From positions 1 through 21,052 of the forward strand of contig NW_021823826.1 of assembly GCF_006345805.1 (NCBI RefSeq): a stretch of 21,052 nt of DNA. Direction: 5' to 3'. The first letter of the stretch is position 1, and each line of letters begins with the position of its first letter. The notes below the pieces were generated by a model that saw nothing but the letters and a program-made list of their open reading frames with translations, was not told where the DNA came from and ran no database searches. Position numbers and translations under genes: made by a program. Source of the DNA: Octopus sinensis (taxonomy: Eukaryota). Of the stretch, positions 20,849-21,052 are shown piece by piece.

Positions 20849-20934
20849 AAAACGATTTCTGTTCAATCTTCGTTCAGCTCCATTTCTTCAATTCACCAAT
20901 AATATATTATATATATACATATATACATATATAA

Positions 20935-21052
20935 GGCAGCGAGCTGGCAGAATCATTAGCACGCTGGGTGAAATGTGTAGGTGTATTTTGTCTGCTGTTA
21001 CGTTCTGAGTTCAAATTCTGCCAAGGTCGACTTTACCTTTCATCCTTTCGGG
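20935..21052 (+). mobile_element. SINE family C, cut by the window edge
   Basis: ggcagcgagctggcagaatcattagc...ctttcatcctttcggg. Confidence 0.8.

Larger units (their letters stand above)
20474..20905. mobile_element. Foldback element with ~200-bp inverted arms (20474-20673 / 20709-20905); Penelope-like inverted pLTR cassette
   Basis: The arms are near-perfect reverse complements around a 35-bp spacer. Both arms contain a hammerhead motif followed by AATAAA. Confidence 0.8.

Overview
AT-rich, repeat-dense animal genomic DNA. The SINE families, TA/CA microsatellites and zinc-finger RTE tail look like an Octopus genome (inferred from recognition, not a database search). The only well-supported host gene is the 5' part of a + strand multi-exon MFS transporter resembling ZINC INDUCED FACILITATOR-like/DHA1 proteins, with coding exons 11532-11654, 12833-12889 and 14845-14927. 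Its next exon was not found in the window. Most of the rest is four SINE-like families, non-autonomous Helitrons, mariner MITEs, a decayed Tc1 transposase, two RTE LINE fragments and microsatellites. Apart from the MFS exon, the Tc1 segment and the RTE zinc-finger ORFs, the ORF track is largely repeat artefact. The most notable observation is three sequence-unrelated inverted-repeat cassettes (3617-4138, 14232-14752, 20474-20905). Each carries a type I hammerhead ribozyme motif, with a palindromic stem III in at least one arm, in the arrangement of Penelope-like inverted pseudo-LTRs. One of them is fused to a tRNA-like Pol III head, suggesting a Penelope-dependent SINE. A possible minus-strand exon pair including a 15-nt microexon lies at 751-914.
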